Part shown: positions 10,208-18,155 of the stretch, in pieces
How the letters are laid out: the number at the start of each line of letters is the position of its first letter
How positions within the stretch are numbered: position 1 is the first letter of the stretch
Assembly (NCBI GenBank): GCA_963732135.1
Contig: CAVSYC010000004.1
Span: 34,484 to 98,483, forward strand
Source: an uncultured Acidobacteriota bacterium
GTDB lineage: Bacteria; Acidobacteriota; Terriglobia; Acidiferrales; UBA7541
Reading direction: 5' to 3'
Length of the DNA: 64,000 nucleotides
Made by a program: the position numbers and the translations under genes
The notes under the pieces: model-generated
Database searches by the model: none
What the model was told of the DNA's origin: nothing
What the model saw: the letters and a program-made list of their open reading frames with translations, nothing else

Positions 10208-13200
10208 ATGAAGGATAGAAATTCTTTTTTCAGGCTGTGGCCGAGCCTCAGCACAATCTTCGCGCTGGCCATTGCCGGTTGCGGCGGCAGCAGCAACACC
10301 AACGTGGTTACGGTCGCGGTCAGCCCCTCCGCAGCAACGGTCATCGTGTCCCAGTCCCTTACCTTGACCTCGCTGGTAAGCGGCGCGACCAATCTCAACG
10401 TGACCTGGGCGTGCACCTTCACCACCACTACGGTAGATTCAACCGGCAAAGCCACCACCGCCACGGCACTTCCTTGCACCTCAGACACCGGAAACATTCC
10501 CGCCAATTCGACCAACACCACGGTCATCTACACTGCGCCTAACAAGGTTCCCGATCCAACAAAGTTCCCCCTGCTTCAGATTATTATCACTGCGACTTCG
10601 GTTGAGGACCCCAAGGCGAAAACCACACCCGCGACACTGACTCTGGATTCCGGCATCTCGGTTAGTCTTACTCCGGCCACCGCCACCGTTCCCACCGGTG
10701 AACAACAGATTTTCAACGTCAATCTCACCAACGATTTGCAGACGCAGGGCGTCACCTTCCTGATCACTCAGGGAACTCCGACCAATACAATTCCTTTTCC
10801 TTCTCTTACCACATGCAGCCCAGCTTGCGGAACCATCACTGCAGGAGCCGCCAACACCTCTGCCACATACACCGCACCGTCCACGGTTCCAACCACCGCG
10901 GCTCTCACTATCGTGGCCACCTCCAAAGCCGACACTACGCGTTTCACGATCGGTACTATCACCATCATTCAGGGCGGACCCATTACTTTTAACGGTGTTT
11001 CGCCGACCATCGCGCCGCAGGGTGCGTCGCTCTATAACATCTATCTGGATGCACCGTTTATTTCCTCTTCGTCCTCCATCACGCTAACCGGCGCGACTTC
11101 CGGAAACAACATCAACATCAATTCCGGCACCGGACAAATGAAAGTGCTTTTCCCGATTCCCACTTCCAGCGTGACCAATCCAGCGTCCACCGGAGTCCGG
11201 ATACAATTAACAGCTGCGAATCTTGCCACAGCGGACACCTATACTGTGTCGGTCATGGATCCTGCGGAACCGGTAACAAAAGGTGCCGGGCCGTTTACTA
11301 TCACGGTAGTTCCGGTTCGCCCGACCAGCGTTGCCAGTCTTCCAGATAGCTTCCCGCAAAACGGTACCGGAAACGAATTGAATCTCGCCGTGGACGGCGG
11401 CTATTTTGGAAATGACGGCCAGCTTGCCTTGACCACGTTCAATGGCAACGCCCTGGTCCAAAGCTCCGATCTGTCCAGTTTTTCGCGCCAACTTAATCTT
11501 ACTTTTCCACCCAGCGCCATAAGCTCCTCACCCGGCCTTTATCCCCTCTCGGTAGCGCGAACTACCCCGCCGCTTCCCGCGCAGAACAATCCGTCGGTGA
11601 CCAACATCGCCGTTTTCCCGGATTACTCCGTAACCCCTCCAGCCCTGGTTGGTTCAGGAACCAACGCAGGCACCAATCCAGGCGCAATTGATATTGATAC
11701 AAGGTTGGGAGTTCTAGCTGTTGCGGAGACTTCTTCAGACCAGGTGCAATTTTTCAGCATCGGCAGTGGCTCTCTCACCCCGGTTTCCGGCGGTCTCGGC
11801 ACCGCTTCAGTGACCAAACCGTCCAGCCTCTCCATTAATCAGGCAAATCACACTGTCGCTGTAGTCAGTTTCCAGGATCAAGTCGTTACGGTGTTCCAGA
11901 TTCCTGATGCCGCAGGCAATGTCCCTGCGGGTTCAGGAGCGCCAGGAGTCACCTATCCCCTCACCATTTCATTTAGCAGCCTAATCCCGCCCGATTTCAC
12001 GCCCACACCTTTGATTTACTCGGTCGGGGTAGATTCCGATACCAACAACGCCATCGTTGCCTACTCTTCGACCGCGAACCCAACCACCGCGAAAATCGGT
12101 TTCCTCCTGGATCTGAACAAGGACTCGATGCCTTGCTTGCCCAGCCTGACCAGCGCCACTCCGCCTTGCATCCACGCGCAGGTCACTCTGAATACTGGCC
12201 AATTCCCGCAGGTTGCGATGATTCCGCACCAGCATCAGGCGCTGGTTACTCCGGGCGGCCAGGGATTTATTCAGGGTGTTGACGTTACGCAAGGTTCGTC
12301 TGCCTTTACGATCGCCAACGTGACTTTAAGTTCTGGCCTGGTGACGGTTACGCTGAACATCCCTTCCGGCCAGACGCTTTCACTGAATCCCGGAAATCCC
12401 GGTTCAGTTCTAATCCAAAACGTTCCCGCTGGCACGACAAACGGCACCAATTTCAATGGCATATTCACCATTCAAAGCGTTCTGAATAACAACAGTTTCA
12501 CTTACGCGCTGAGTTCGACCGTGAATGATTCTGCCATCCCGACTCAGAGCCCCGACACCGCCTTTGCATTTTTCGGTGCCCCGAACACCACCGTGGCAAT
12601 CAGTCAGACCGTGCAAGGGATCGCCATCAATCCCATTACCCGCACCGCTGCCATTGCCGATGCCAACGCCACTGGAATCAATGGTCCGCAGATTGACTTG
12701 CTCAATTCACTCGATCAGTCCGTTTCGTCCATCACTTTCCATTCGGGAAACGGCAGCACGACCGGGCCGCAAGGATGCACGGTTTTTACGACCACCTGTG
12801 CGAATGCTCCGGAATTGCTGGGAACTTCCTCGGTTGCTTTCCAGCCCTACTCGAATTCACTGGTTTCTTACAATCCCCAACTGAACCAAATCTCCGTTTC
12901 GAATCCGGTAACGCAAGCCCGTTATGCGGTTGTTCAGCTCGGAAGCGGTAGCTTGCAGACCCTACCGGTTGTTCCGGTGACCGTCGCCGGCGCTCCGCAA
13001 AACCTGACCGTCTTCGGTGGCGTGGCCGTGGATCCGGCCACCAATCAGGCGTTCGTCGTCGATCCCATTGCCGGAAAGATCCAAATCGTAAACCTTGGAC
13101 CCACTTCTGCTACGACTTTGAAGCCGGTTGAGATCACGGAACTTCAGGTGCCTACCGTTGCCGGCGCCTTGATTGGCGGAATTTCCGGGGCAGTGATGCC

Positions 13201-14476
13201 GCAAGGAACGCTGACTTCAAGCACCAGCCTCGCCGGTGTGAAAATCTTCGGCTCCGGTTTCGTGAACAATAGCTCCGTCCAGCTCGATAGCGTGGATATC
13301 ACTTCGCAGGGCGGAAGTATCACCAATATCGCCGCCAACGGCCGCGAGATTGATTTTACGATTCCGGCATTTTTCCTGTCCGCCCCGCATCGCTACGCCG
13401 TGGATGTTGTCAGCAACGGCGTGAAGTCCAATGCGACTGACTTTTTCGTAATAAAGGCAGTGGACTTGACTAAGGTCTGCGCCACACCGCAGCCAAGCTC
13501 CGTGGCCATTGCCGATCAGTTGCCGGGCCAGGCTTTTTCACCCATCGCGGTGGTCAGTAACAGCGGTTGCAACAATATTTCTGTCATCGATATAAATCCG
13601 CAGAGCCCCACTTTCGGCTCCATCAAATCTTCGATTCCCACCGGCAGTGACCCGCAGGGAGTCGCGGTAAGCCCGCGATTCGGTGTGGCCGTGGTGGCAA
13701 ACAACACCGCTGGCACCGCTTCCGTTTTGAATTTGCTCACCAGCACACAGAAGGTACCAGACGTCACTGTCGGCACATCGCCCACCGGAGTTGCTATTGA
13801 CGAAGGAACTGGCACCGCCCTGATTGCTAACACGGGCAGCGGCACTGTTTCCGAACTTAATCTTGCTCTGCTGGTGCCAACAACTGCCAACCCCACGCCG
13901 CCAACGACGCTTAGTTCCATCTCGATCGCCATTGACACATCGCCTATCGCGGTCGCTATTGACCCGGATCGCGGCACCAACAACAACGGCTTGGCCGTGG
14001 TGACAGCATTGCAATTGATCAGCGGCTCGTCGCCAATTGGCGTTCTCGATGCCATCGATTTGGGCGGGCAATCACCGGCAAAGAGCACCACTGCTGCTGT
14101 GGGTTCGGTGACTTCGACACCCACTGGAGTCGTTTTCAATCCCAGCGTGTCGCCGACGCTTTTCTACGCCACCTCGAGTGGCGGCAACGTCGTCACGACT
14201 TTCAATCCGGATACCGGCGCCAGCACTTCCGTACACGTCGGAATCAATCCAACTTCTCTGGCGATCAACCCGCAAACTGGCGGCATCATGACCGTCAATT
14301 CCGCCAGCAAGACCATCTCGATCATTGACACACTTTCAAGTCCGTTTAAGACTCGCAGCTCCTTCGGACTTGGCGGTTCGCCGCAGTTCGGCGTCGCCAT
14401 CGACCAGTTCACCAATCTGGCTGTGCTTGCCGATCAGGCGAACAATCGCGTTTTGATTTTCCCTGTGCCGAACTGA
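10208..14476 (+). CDS. Large predicted lipoprotein: Ig-like/IPT domains plus two YVTN/YncE-like beta-propeller regions
   Basis: Signal MKDRNSFFRLWPSLSTIFALAIAG-C (lipobox), VAVSPSAATV...YTAP Ig-like repeats, IPT-like KIFGSGF, propeller blades such as PTGSDPQGVAVSP, VGTSPTGVAID, VGINPTSLAINP. Thr/Ser/Asn-rich. Confidence 0.8.
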   Translation: MKDRNSFFRLWPSLSTIFALAIAGCGGSSNTNVVTVAVSPSAATVIVSQSLTLTSLVSGATNLNVTWACTFTTTTVDSTGKATTATALPCTSDTGNIPANSTNTTVIYTAPNKVPDPTKFPLLQIIITATSVEDPKAKTTPATLTLDSGISVSLTPATATVPTGEQQIFNVNLTNDLQTQGVTFLITQGTPTNTIPFPSLTTCSPACGTITAGAANTSATYTAPSTVPTTAALTIVATSKADTTRFTIGTITIIQGGPITFNGVSPTIAPQGASLYNIYLDAPFISSSSSITLTGATSGNNININSGTGQMKVLFPIPTSSVTNPASTGVRIQLTAANLATADTYTVSVMDPAEPVTKGAGPFTITVVPVRPTSVASLPDSFPQNGTGNELNLAVDGGYFGNDGQLALTTFNGNALVQSSDLSSFSRQLNLTFPPSAISSSPGLYPLSVARTTPPLPAQNNPSVTNIAVFPDYSVTPPALVGSGTNAGTNPGAIDIDTRLGVLAVAETSSDQVQFFSIGSGSLTPVSGGLGTASVTKPSSLSINQANHTVAVVSFQDQVVTVFQIPDAAGNVPAGSGAPGVTYPLTISFSSLIPPDFTPTPLIYSVGVDSDTNNAIVAYSSTANPTTAKIGFLLDLNKDSMPCLPSLTSATPPCIHAQVTLNTGQFPQVAMIPHQHQALVTPGGQGFIQGVDVTQGSSAFTIANVTLSSGLVTVTLNIPSGQTLSLNPGNPGSVLIQNVPAGTTNGTNFNGIFTIQSVLNNNSFTYALSSTVNDSAIPTQSPDTAFAFFGAPNTTVAISQTVQGIAINPITRTAAIADANATGINGPQIDLLNSLDQSVSSITFHSGNGSTTGPQGCTVFTTTCANAPELLGTSSVAFQPYSNSLVSYNPQLNQISVSNPVTQARYAVVQLGSGSLQTLPVVPVTVAGAPQNLTVFGGVAVDPATNQAFVVDPIAGKIQIVNLGPTSATTLKPVEITELQVPTVAGALIGGISGAVMPQGTLTSSTSLAGVKIFGSGFVNNSSVQLDSVDITSQGGSITNIAANGREIDFTIPAFFLSAPHRYAVDVVSNGVKSNATDFFVIKAVDLTKVCATPQPSSVAIADQLPGQAFSPIAVVSNSGCNNISVIDINPQSPTFGSIKSSIPTGSDPQGVAVSPRFGVAVVANNTAGTASVLNLLTSTQKVPDVTVGTSPTGVAIDEGTGTALIANTGSGTVSELNLALLVPTTANPTPPTTLSSISIAIDTSPIAVAIDPDRGTNNNGLAVVTALQLISGSSPIGVLDAIDLGGQSPAKSTTAAVGSVTSTPTGVVFNPSVSPTLFYATSSGGNVVTTFNPDTGASTSVHVGINPTSLAINPQTGGIMTVNSASKTISIIDTLSSPFKTRSSFGLGGSPQFGVAIDQFTNLAVLADQANNRVLIFPVPN

Positions 14477-14748
14477 TCGGCACCGAACAGATTGAGACCG
14501 GTGGGGTACAACGCAAGCCGCTGGTCCGCGCATCGCATAAGGCAGAGCTTTTCCTGCTTCGTCTGCCGCTAAATATGCGCTTTGCCGTTGCTTGGGAAGG
14601 TTAGCCTCGGCTATACTTTTCAGTTTGTACGGGGCCCGCGAATCCCCGCAGGGACGAGCGTGAACAAGAGTCTTGGATAAAGGATTTTGCCAATTCCGAT
14701 TGGCGCAAAAGGAGGCGCTCAGCGCTTCCTCACAACAAGGAGACTACA

Positions 14749-15399
14749 GTGAACAAGATGTATCTTTCCGCCGCCCTCGCAGCGGCCAGCCTGATCGGTG
14801 CGGCATCGATCGTCGCGCAGTCAGCGCCGTCATCAGCGGGAACCGCAAGCAGCACCGGCAAAGTCGGCGTCCTGAATGTTCGCCAGGCCATCGTTGCCAC
14901 CTCGGAAGGGAAACAAGCCTCAGGCGAACTGCAGGGTCAATTCACTTCGCGGCAAACCGAGCTTGAGAATCTGAACAAGCAGCTCGCAGATATCAGCCAG
15001 CGGCTGCAAGCCAACGGCGACAAGTTGAGCCCGGAGGAGGCTGCCCGCTTGCAACGTCAGGGCGAATCGCTGCAAAAGCAACTGACACGCAAAAAGGAAG
15101 ATTATCAAGAGGACGTCAACGCCTCGCAGCAGGAAGTGATCGATCGCATCGGCCGCAAAATGATGGATGTTCTGGATCGCTACGCCAGAGAGAACGCTTA
15201 CATCGCCATTTTTGATTCGTCGGCACAGGGCGCTCCGATTTATGTTTCGAACGGCATCGACGTCACGGCCGACATCGTCAAGCTTTACGATCAGGCGTAT
15301 CCAGCCAAGGCATCCGCCACCACTGCCAAACCCGCGGCGAGCAAGCCTGCTTCCACGGCACCGAAGCCCACTTCCACCACCGCGCCACCGAAACCGTAA
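14749..15399 (+). CDS. skp: Skp/OmpH periplasmic chaperone
   Basis: Signal peptide, KVGVLNVRQAI, long Gln/Glu coiled coil, DVTADIVKLYD. GTG start after AAGGAG; near bamA. Confidence 0.9.
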   Translation: MNKMYLSAALAAASLIGAASIVAQSAPSSAGTASSTGKVGVLNVRQAIVATSEGKQASGELQGQFTSRQTELENLNKQLADISQRLQANGDKLSPEEAARLQRQGESLQKQLTRKKEDYQEDVNASQQEVIDRIGRKMMDVLDRYARENAYIAIFDSSAQGAPIYVSNGIDVTADIVKLYDQAYPAKASATTAKPAASKPASTAPKPTSTTAPPKP

Positions 15400-15423
15400 T
15401 AGCCCGGCTTTTTTCGCTTTCAC

Positions 15424-15456
15424 CGCGTCTCGTTCGAACGTTTCGGACGAGACGCG
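15424..15456 (+). terminator. Long hairpin downstream of skp (possible terminator or transcript-stabilising stem)
   Basis: CGCGTCTCGT-T-CGAA-cgt-TTCG-G-ACGAGACGCG: 15-bp stem with one G-U pair; weak downstream U tract. Confidence 0.45.
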
Positions 15457-15500
15457 ATTTCGCTTAGATTTAGGTTCGAAATTGCCGTGGACCCTGTGCC

Positions 15501-15529
15501 TTGCTTTTGTCTTGCCCTGGGCATATACT
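15501..15529 (+). promoter_or_regulatory. Sigma70-type promoter of the rimP-nusA-infB operon
   Basis: TTGCTT (15501-15506), 17-bp spacer, TATACT (15524-15529). Confidence 0.65.
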
Positions 15530-15560
15530 TTGGTTTCGCTCTGTATCGGGTCGCACGACT

Positions 15561-15584
15561 GGGTGGGCGCAAGCCCACTTTTTT
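15561..15584 (+). promoter_or_regulatory. rimP-leader-like hairpin / attenuator
   Basis: GTGGGC-GCAA-GCCCAC followed by TTTTTT between the promoter and rimP; matches the form and position of the known rimP leader terminator motif. Confidence 0.75.
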
Positions 15585-15603
15585 GTTGGGCCGGCTGAGT
15601 TTT

Positions 15604-15697
15604 AGGGTTTGTACTTGCAAACCCTGATTCGGAAAACGCCCTCAGGGTTTGTACTTGCGAACTCTGATTTGGAAACGCCTTCAGGCTTTGTAGTTGC
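15604..15697. repeat. Tandem ~40-bp palindromic REP-like repeats (family C, AGGGTTT...AAACCCT), about 2.4 copies
   Basis: Units start at 15604, 15644 and 15683: AGGGTTTGTACTTGCAAACCCTGATTCGGAAAACGCCCTC / AGGGTTTGTACTTGCGAACTCTGATTTGGAAACGCCTTC / AGGCTTTGTAGTTGC. Confidence 0.8.
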
Positions 15698-15749
15698 CCT
15701 GGCACGAAGTTGGTGGGCATAAAACCGGCCTAGGTCGGGGAGTCTCTGC

Positions 15750-16286
15750 TTGCAGTTGGAAAAAATTCGCGAAGCCGCCGAGCGGGTAGCGCGCTCGGAA
15801 GGGCTGGAAGTCGTTGACGTCGAGTGGAAAATCGGCAAACAGCGCTTCCTGCGGGTGTACATCGATCGCCTTCCTGCTTCCGTCGGTGAATCGCACTTTA
15901 CGGATTCTTCGGTTGGGGATGAGAACGGCGACCAGGCACCCGACCCGTATCCGAAGATCTCTCATGCGGATTGTGAGCGGGTCAGCAAGCAGTTGAGCGT
16001 TATCCTCGATGTCGAGGAATTGGTGCCCGGGCCAGGTTTCGTCCTGGAAGTCAGTTCTCCCGGAATGGATCGCGCTCTAAAGAAAGCCGCGGATTACGTG
16101 AGATTCACCGGGCGCGCGGCCAAGGTTTGGACGGATGAACCGGTGGATGAAATGAAGTTTTTTGAGGGCCGTCTTGCGGGCGTTGTGAGCGACAGCGTCC
16201 AGTTGGAGTTGAAAGGCAAGACTCCGCGCACGGTTGCCGTGCCGCTAGCCCTCATTCGTAAGGCGCACCTCGTCGTCGAGTTTTAG
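15750..16286 (+). CDS. rimP: Ribosome maturation factor RimP
   Basis: EGLEVVDVEW..RFLRVYIDR, ISHADCERVSKQLSVILD, LEVSSPGMDRAL; first gene before nusA. TTG start. Confidence 0.95.
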   Translation: MQLEKIREAAERVARSEGLEVVDVEWKIGKQRFLRVYIDRLPASVGESHFTDSSVGDENGDQAPDPYPKISHADCERVSKQLSVILDVEELVPGPGFVLEVSSPGMDRALKKAADYVRFTGRAAKVWTDEPVDEMKFFEGRLAGVVSDSVQLELKGKTPRTVAVPLALIRKAHLVVEF

Positions 16287-16299
16287 TCCACACTCTGCG

Positions 16300-16335
16300 T
16301 CAGGGTTTCAGGGTTCGTTGTTGCGACCCTGAGAC
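16300..16335. repeat. REP-like element, family C
   Basis: TCAGGGTTTCAGGGTTCGTTGTTGCGACCCTGAGAC; shares TCAGGGTTTCAGGGTTC with the copy at 51700. Confidence 0.6.
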
Positions 16336-16430
16336 ATGTAGTCGTGGCGGCCCAAGTTTCTCTGGCGCGCTCGCGCAGCAGTTGCGGCAATTTTGCCGCA
16401 GCGGCCTCGGAATTCGCGCGGGTGCGAATT

Positions 16431-16456
16431 TGTAGTGGCCGGTCGTTCAGGCCGGT
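16431..16456 (+). repeat. GTAG-type REP element (family B)
   Basis: TGTAGTGGCCGGTCGTTCAGGCCGGT; similar to 21640 and 31915. Confidence 0.65.
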
Positions 16457-16529
16457 GCTTTTAGCGGTTTATAGTGCCGGAATTCAGTCCGGCAGCAGTT
16501 AGGAGAATTTCTCAGTCCGGGAATGCATT

Positions 16530-18152
16530 ATGGCGAATTTGCTCTATCAACAGATTGAAATGCTCAGCCGAGAGAAGCATATCGAGCCGGAAATCGTGGT
16601 GTCCGCGATCGAGGATGCGATGGTGGTCGCCGCTCGCAAGTATTACAAGACCGAAGAGGACTTGCGCGGCAAGTTCAACTCGGAAACCGGTCAGGTGGAT
16701 GTTTTCTCCGTACTGACCGTGGTCGAGGAAGTTGCCGACCCCACGCGCGAAATCAGCGTCACCGATGCTCGCCGCAAAAACCCCGGGGCCGAAGTCGGCA
16801 CGGAAATTTTGACCACCAAGCCCACCGATGTGCTTGGTCGCATCGCTGCGCAGACCGCCAAGCAGGTCATCCTGCAAAAAGTGCGCGAAGCGGAGCGCGA
16901 CACGATTTTCAACGAATACCACACTCGTGTCGGCGAACTTGTAACGGTAATCGTCAAGCGCGCCGAAGGCCCCGACCTGATCGTAGACATGGGCCGTACC
17001 GAAGCTCGTTTGCCCAAGCGCGAACAGTCCAAGCTGGAAACATACAATATCGGCGAACGTCTCCGTGTTGTGATTCGTATGGTGGACCGCGCCGCCAAAG
17101 GTCCGCAAGTAATCGTATCCCGCGCGGATGCGGCTTTAGTACAACGCCTGTTTGAAATGGAAGTTCCGGAAATTTACGACGGCACGGTGCAAATTCGCGC
17201 CGCCGCGCGTGAATCCGGCGAACGCACCAAGGTCGCCGTGTTCAGCCGCGACAAGGACGTCGATCCGGTCGGCGCCTGCGTCGGCATGAAGGGTATGCGC
17301 GTTCAATCCATCATCCGCGAACTGCGCGGCGAAAAAATCGACATCATTCCGTACAGCGAAGAAACCGTAGCCTTCGCGCAAAAAGCGCTGAGCCCGGCAA
17401 AAGTCACGCGCGTGCAAATCACCGATCCGGAAAGCCACAAGCTCGAAGTGATCGTGGAAGATTCGCAGCTTTCGCTGGCGATTGGAAAAAAAGGACAGAA
17501 CGTACGCCTCGCCAGCAAATTAATCGGCTGGGACATTGATATCAAGAGCGAAGAAGAAAAGCGCCGCGAAATCGAAGAGCAGATGACGGCTCTGACCGCG
17601 CCCACCACACCGCTCACCGCGCTGGCAGGTGTCGGCCCCAAGACCATCGAAAAAATCGAAGCCGCTGGCATCACTTCGCTCGAACAACTAGCCGGCATGA
17701 CGCCCGAACAGCTCATGGAGATTCCCGGCATCGGCGAAAAAATGGTGGACAAGATCTACCAGGCCGTCAATCAGTTCTACGAAAGTGGCGGGACTGCGAC
17801 AGAAGGCTCCGCCGAAACTGGCGAATCCGCCGAGGGAGAAACTGCTGAGGGCGAAGTTGCTCAGGGTGAGGTTGCGGCGGAAGCGGACTCGGAGACCGCT
17901 GCGCCCGAAACAACAGAACGCGGATCAGCCGGAGCCGACACATCCGAAACCGCTGGCGCCGAATCTCCCGTTTCTCAAACGGAAGAAACTTCGCAAACCG
18001 AAGAAGCCTCCGCCAACGAAGTAGTACAGACCGAATTGCCTCCGGAAACGGCCGGCGAACCAGCAGTGGAATCCGAGCCGACCTCTGATGTACCCGAGGC
18101 AAGCGACGCGAAAACGCTTTCAGAAAAACACGAAGAGAAAAGTTCAGAGTAA
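16530..18152 (+). CDS. nusA: Transcription termination/antitermination factor NusA with HhH domain and long acidic tail
   Basis: GRIAAQTAKQVILQKVREAER, S1 domain, KH motifs DPVGACVGMKGMRVQ and AIGKKGQNVRLASKL, HhH GVGPKT / GIGEKM. Confidence 0.97.
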   Translation: MANLLYQQIEMLSREKHIEPEIVVSAIEDAMVVAARKYYKTEEDLRGKFNSETGQVDVFSVLTVVEEVADPTREISVTDARRKNPGAEVGTEILTTKPTDVLGRIAAQTAKQVILQKVREAERDTIFNEYHTRVGELVTVIVKRAEGPDLIVDMGRTEARLPKREQSKLETYNIGERLRVVIRMVDRAAKGPQVIVSRADAALVQRLFEMEVPEIYDGTVQIRAAARESGERTKVAVFSRDKDVDPVGACVGMKGMRVQSIIRELRGEKIDIIPYSEETVAFAQKALSPAKVTRVQITDPESHKLEVIVEDSQLSLAIGKKGQNVRLASKLIGWDIDIKSEEEKRREIEEQMTALTAPTTPLTALAGVGPKTIEKIEAAGITSLEQLAGMTPEQLMEIPGIGEKMVDKIYQAVNQFYESGGTATEGSAETGESAEGETAEGEVAQGEVAAEADSETAAPETTERGSAGADTSETAGAESPVSQTEETSQTEEASANEVVQTELPPETAGEPAVESEPTSDVPEASDAKTLSEKHEEKSSE

Positions 18153-18155
18153 CAG

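Noticed and set aside
15604-15697. Possible CRISPR array
   Set aside because: Only about 2.4 adjacent units with no unique spacers, no cas genes, and related copies are dispersed like REPs.
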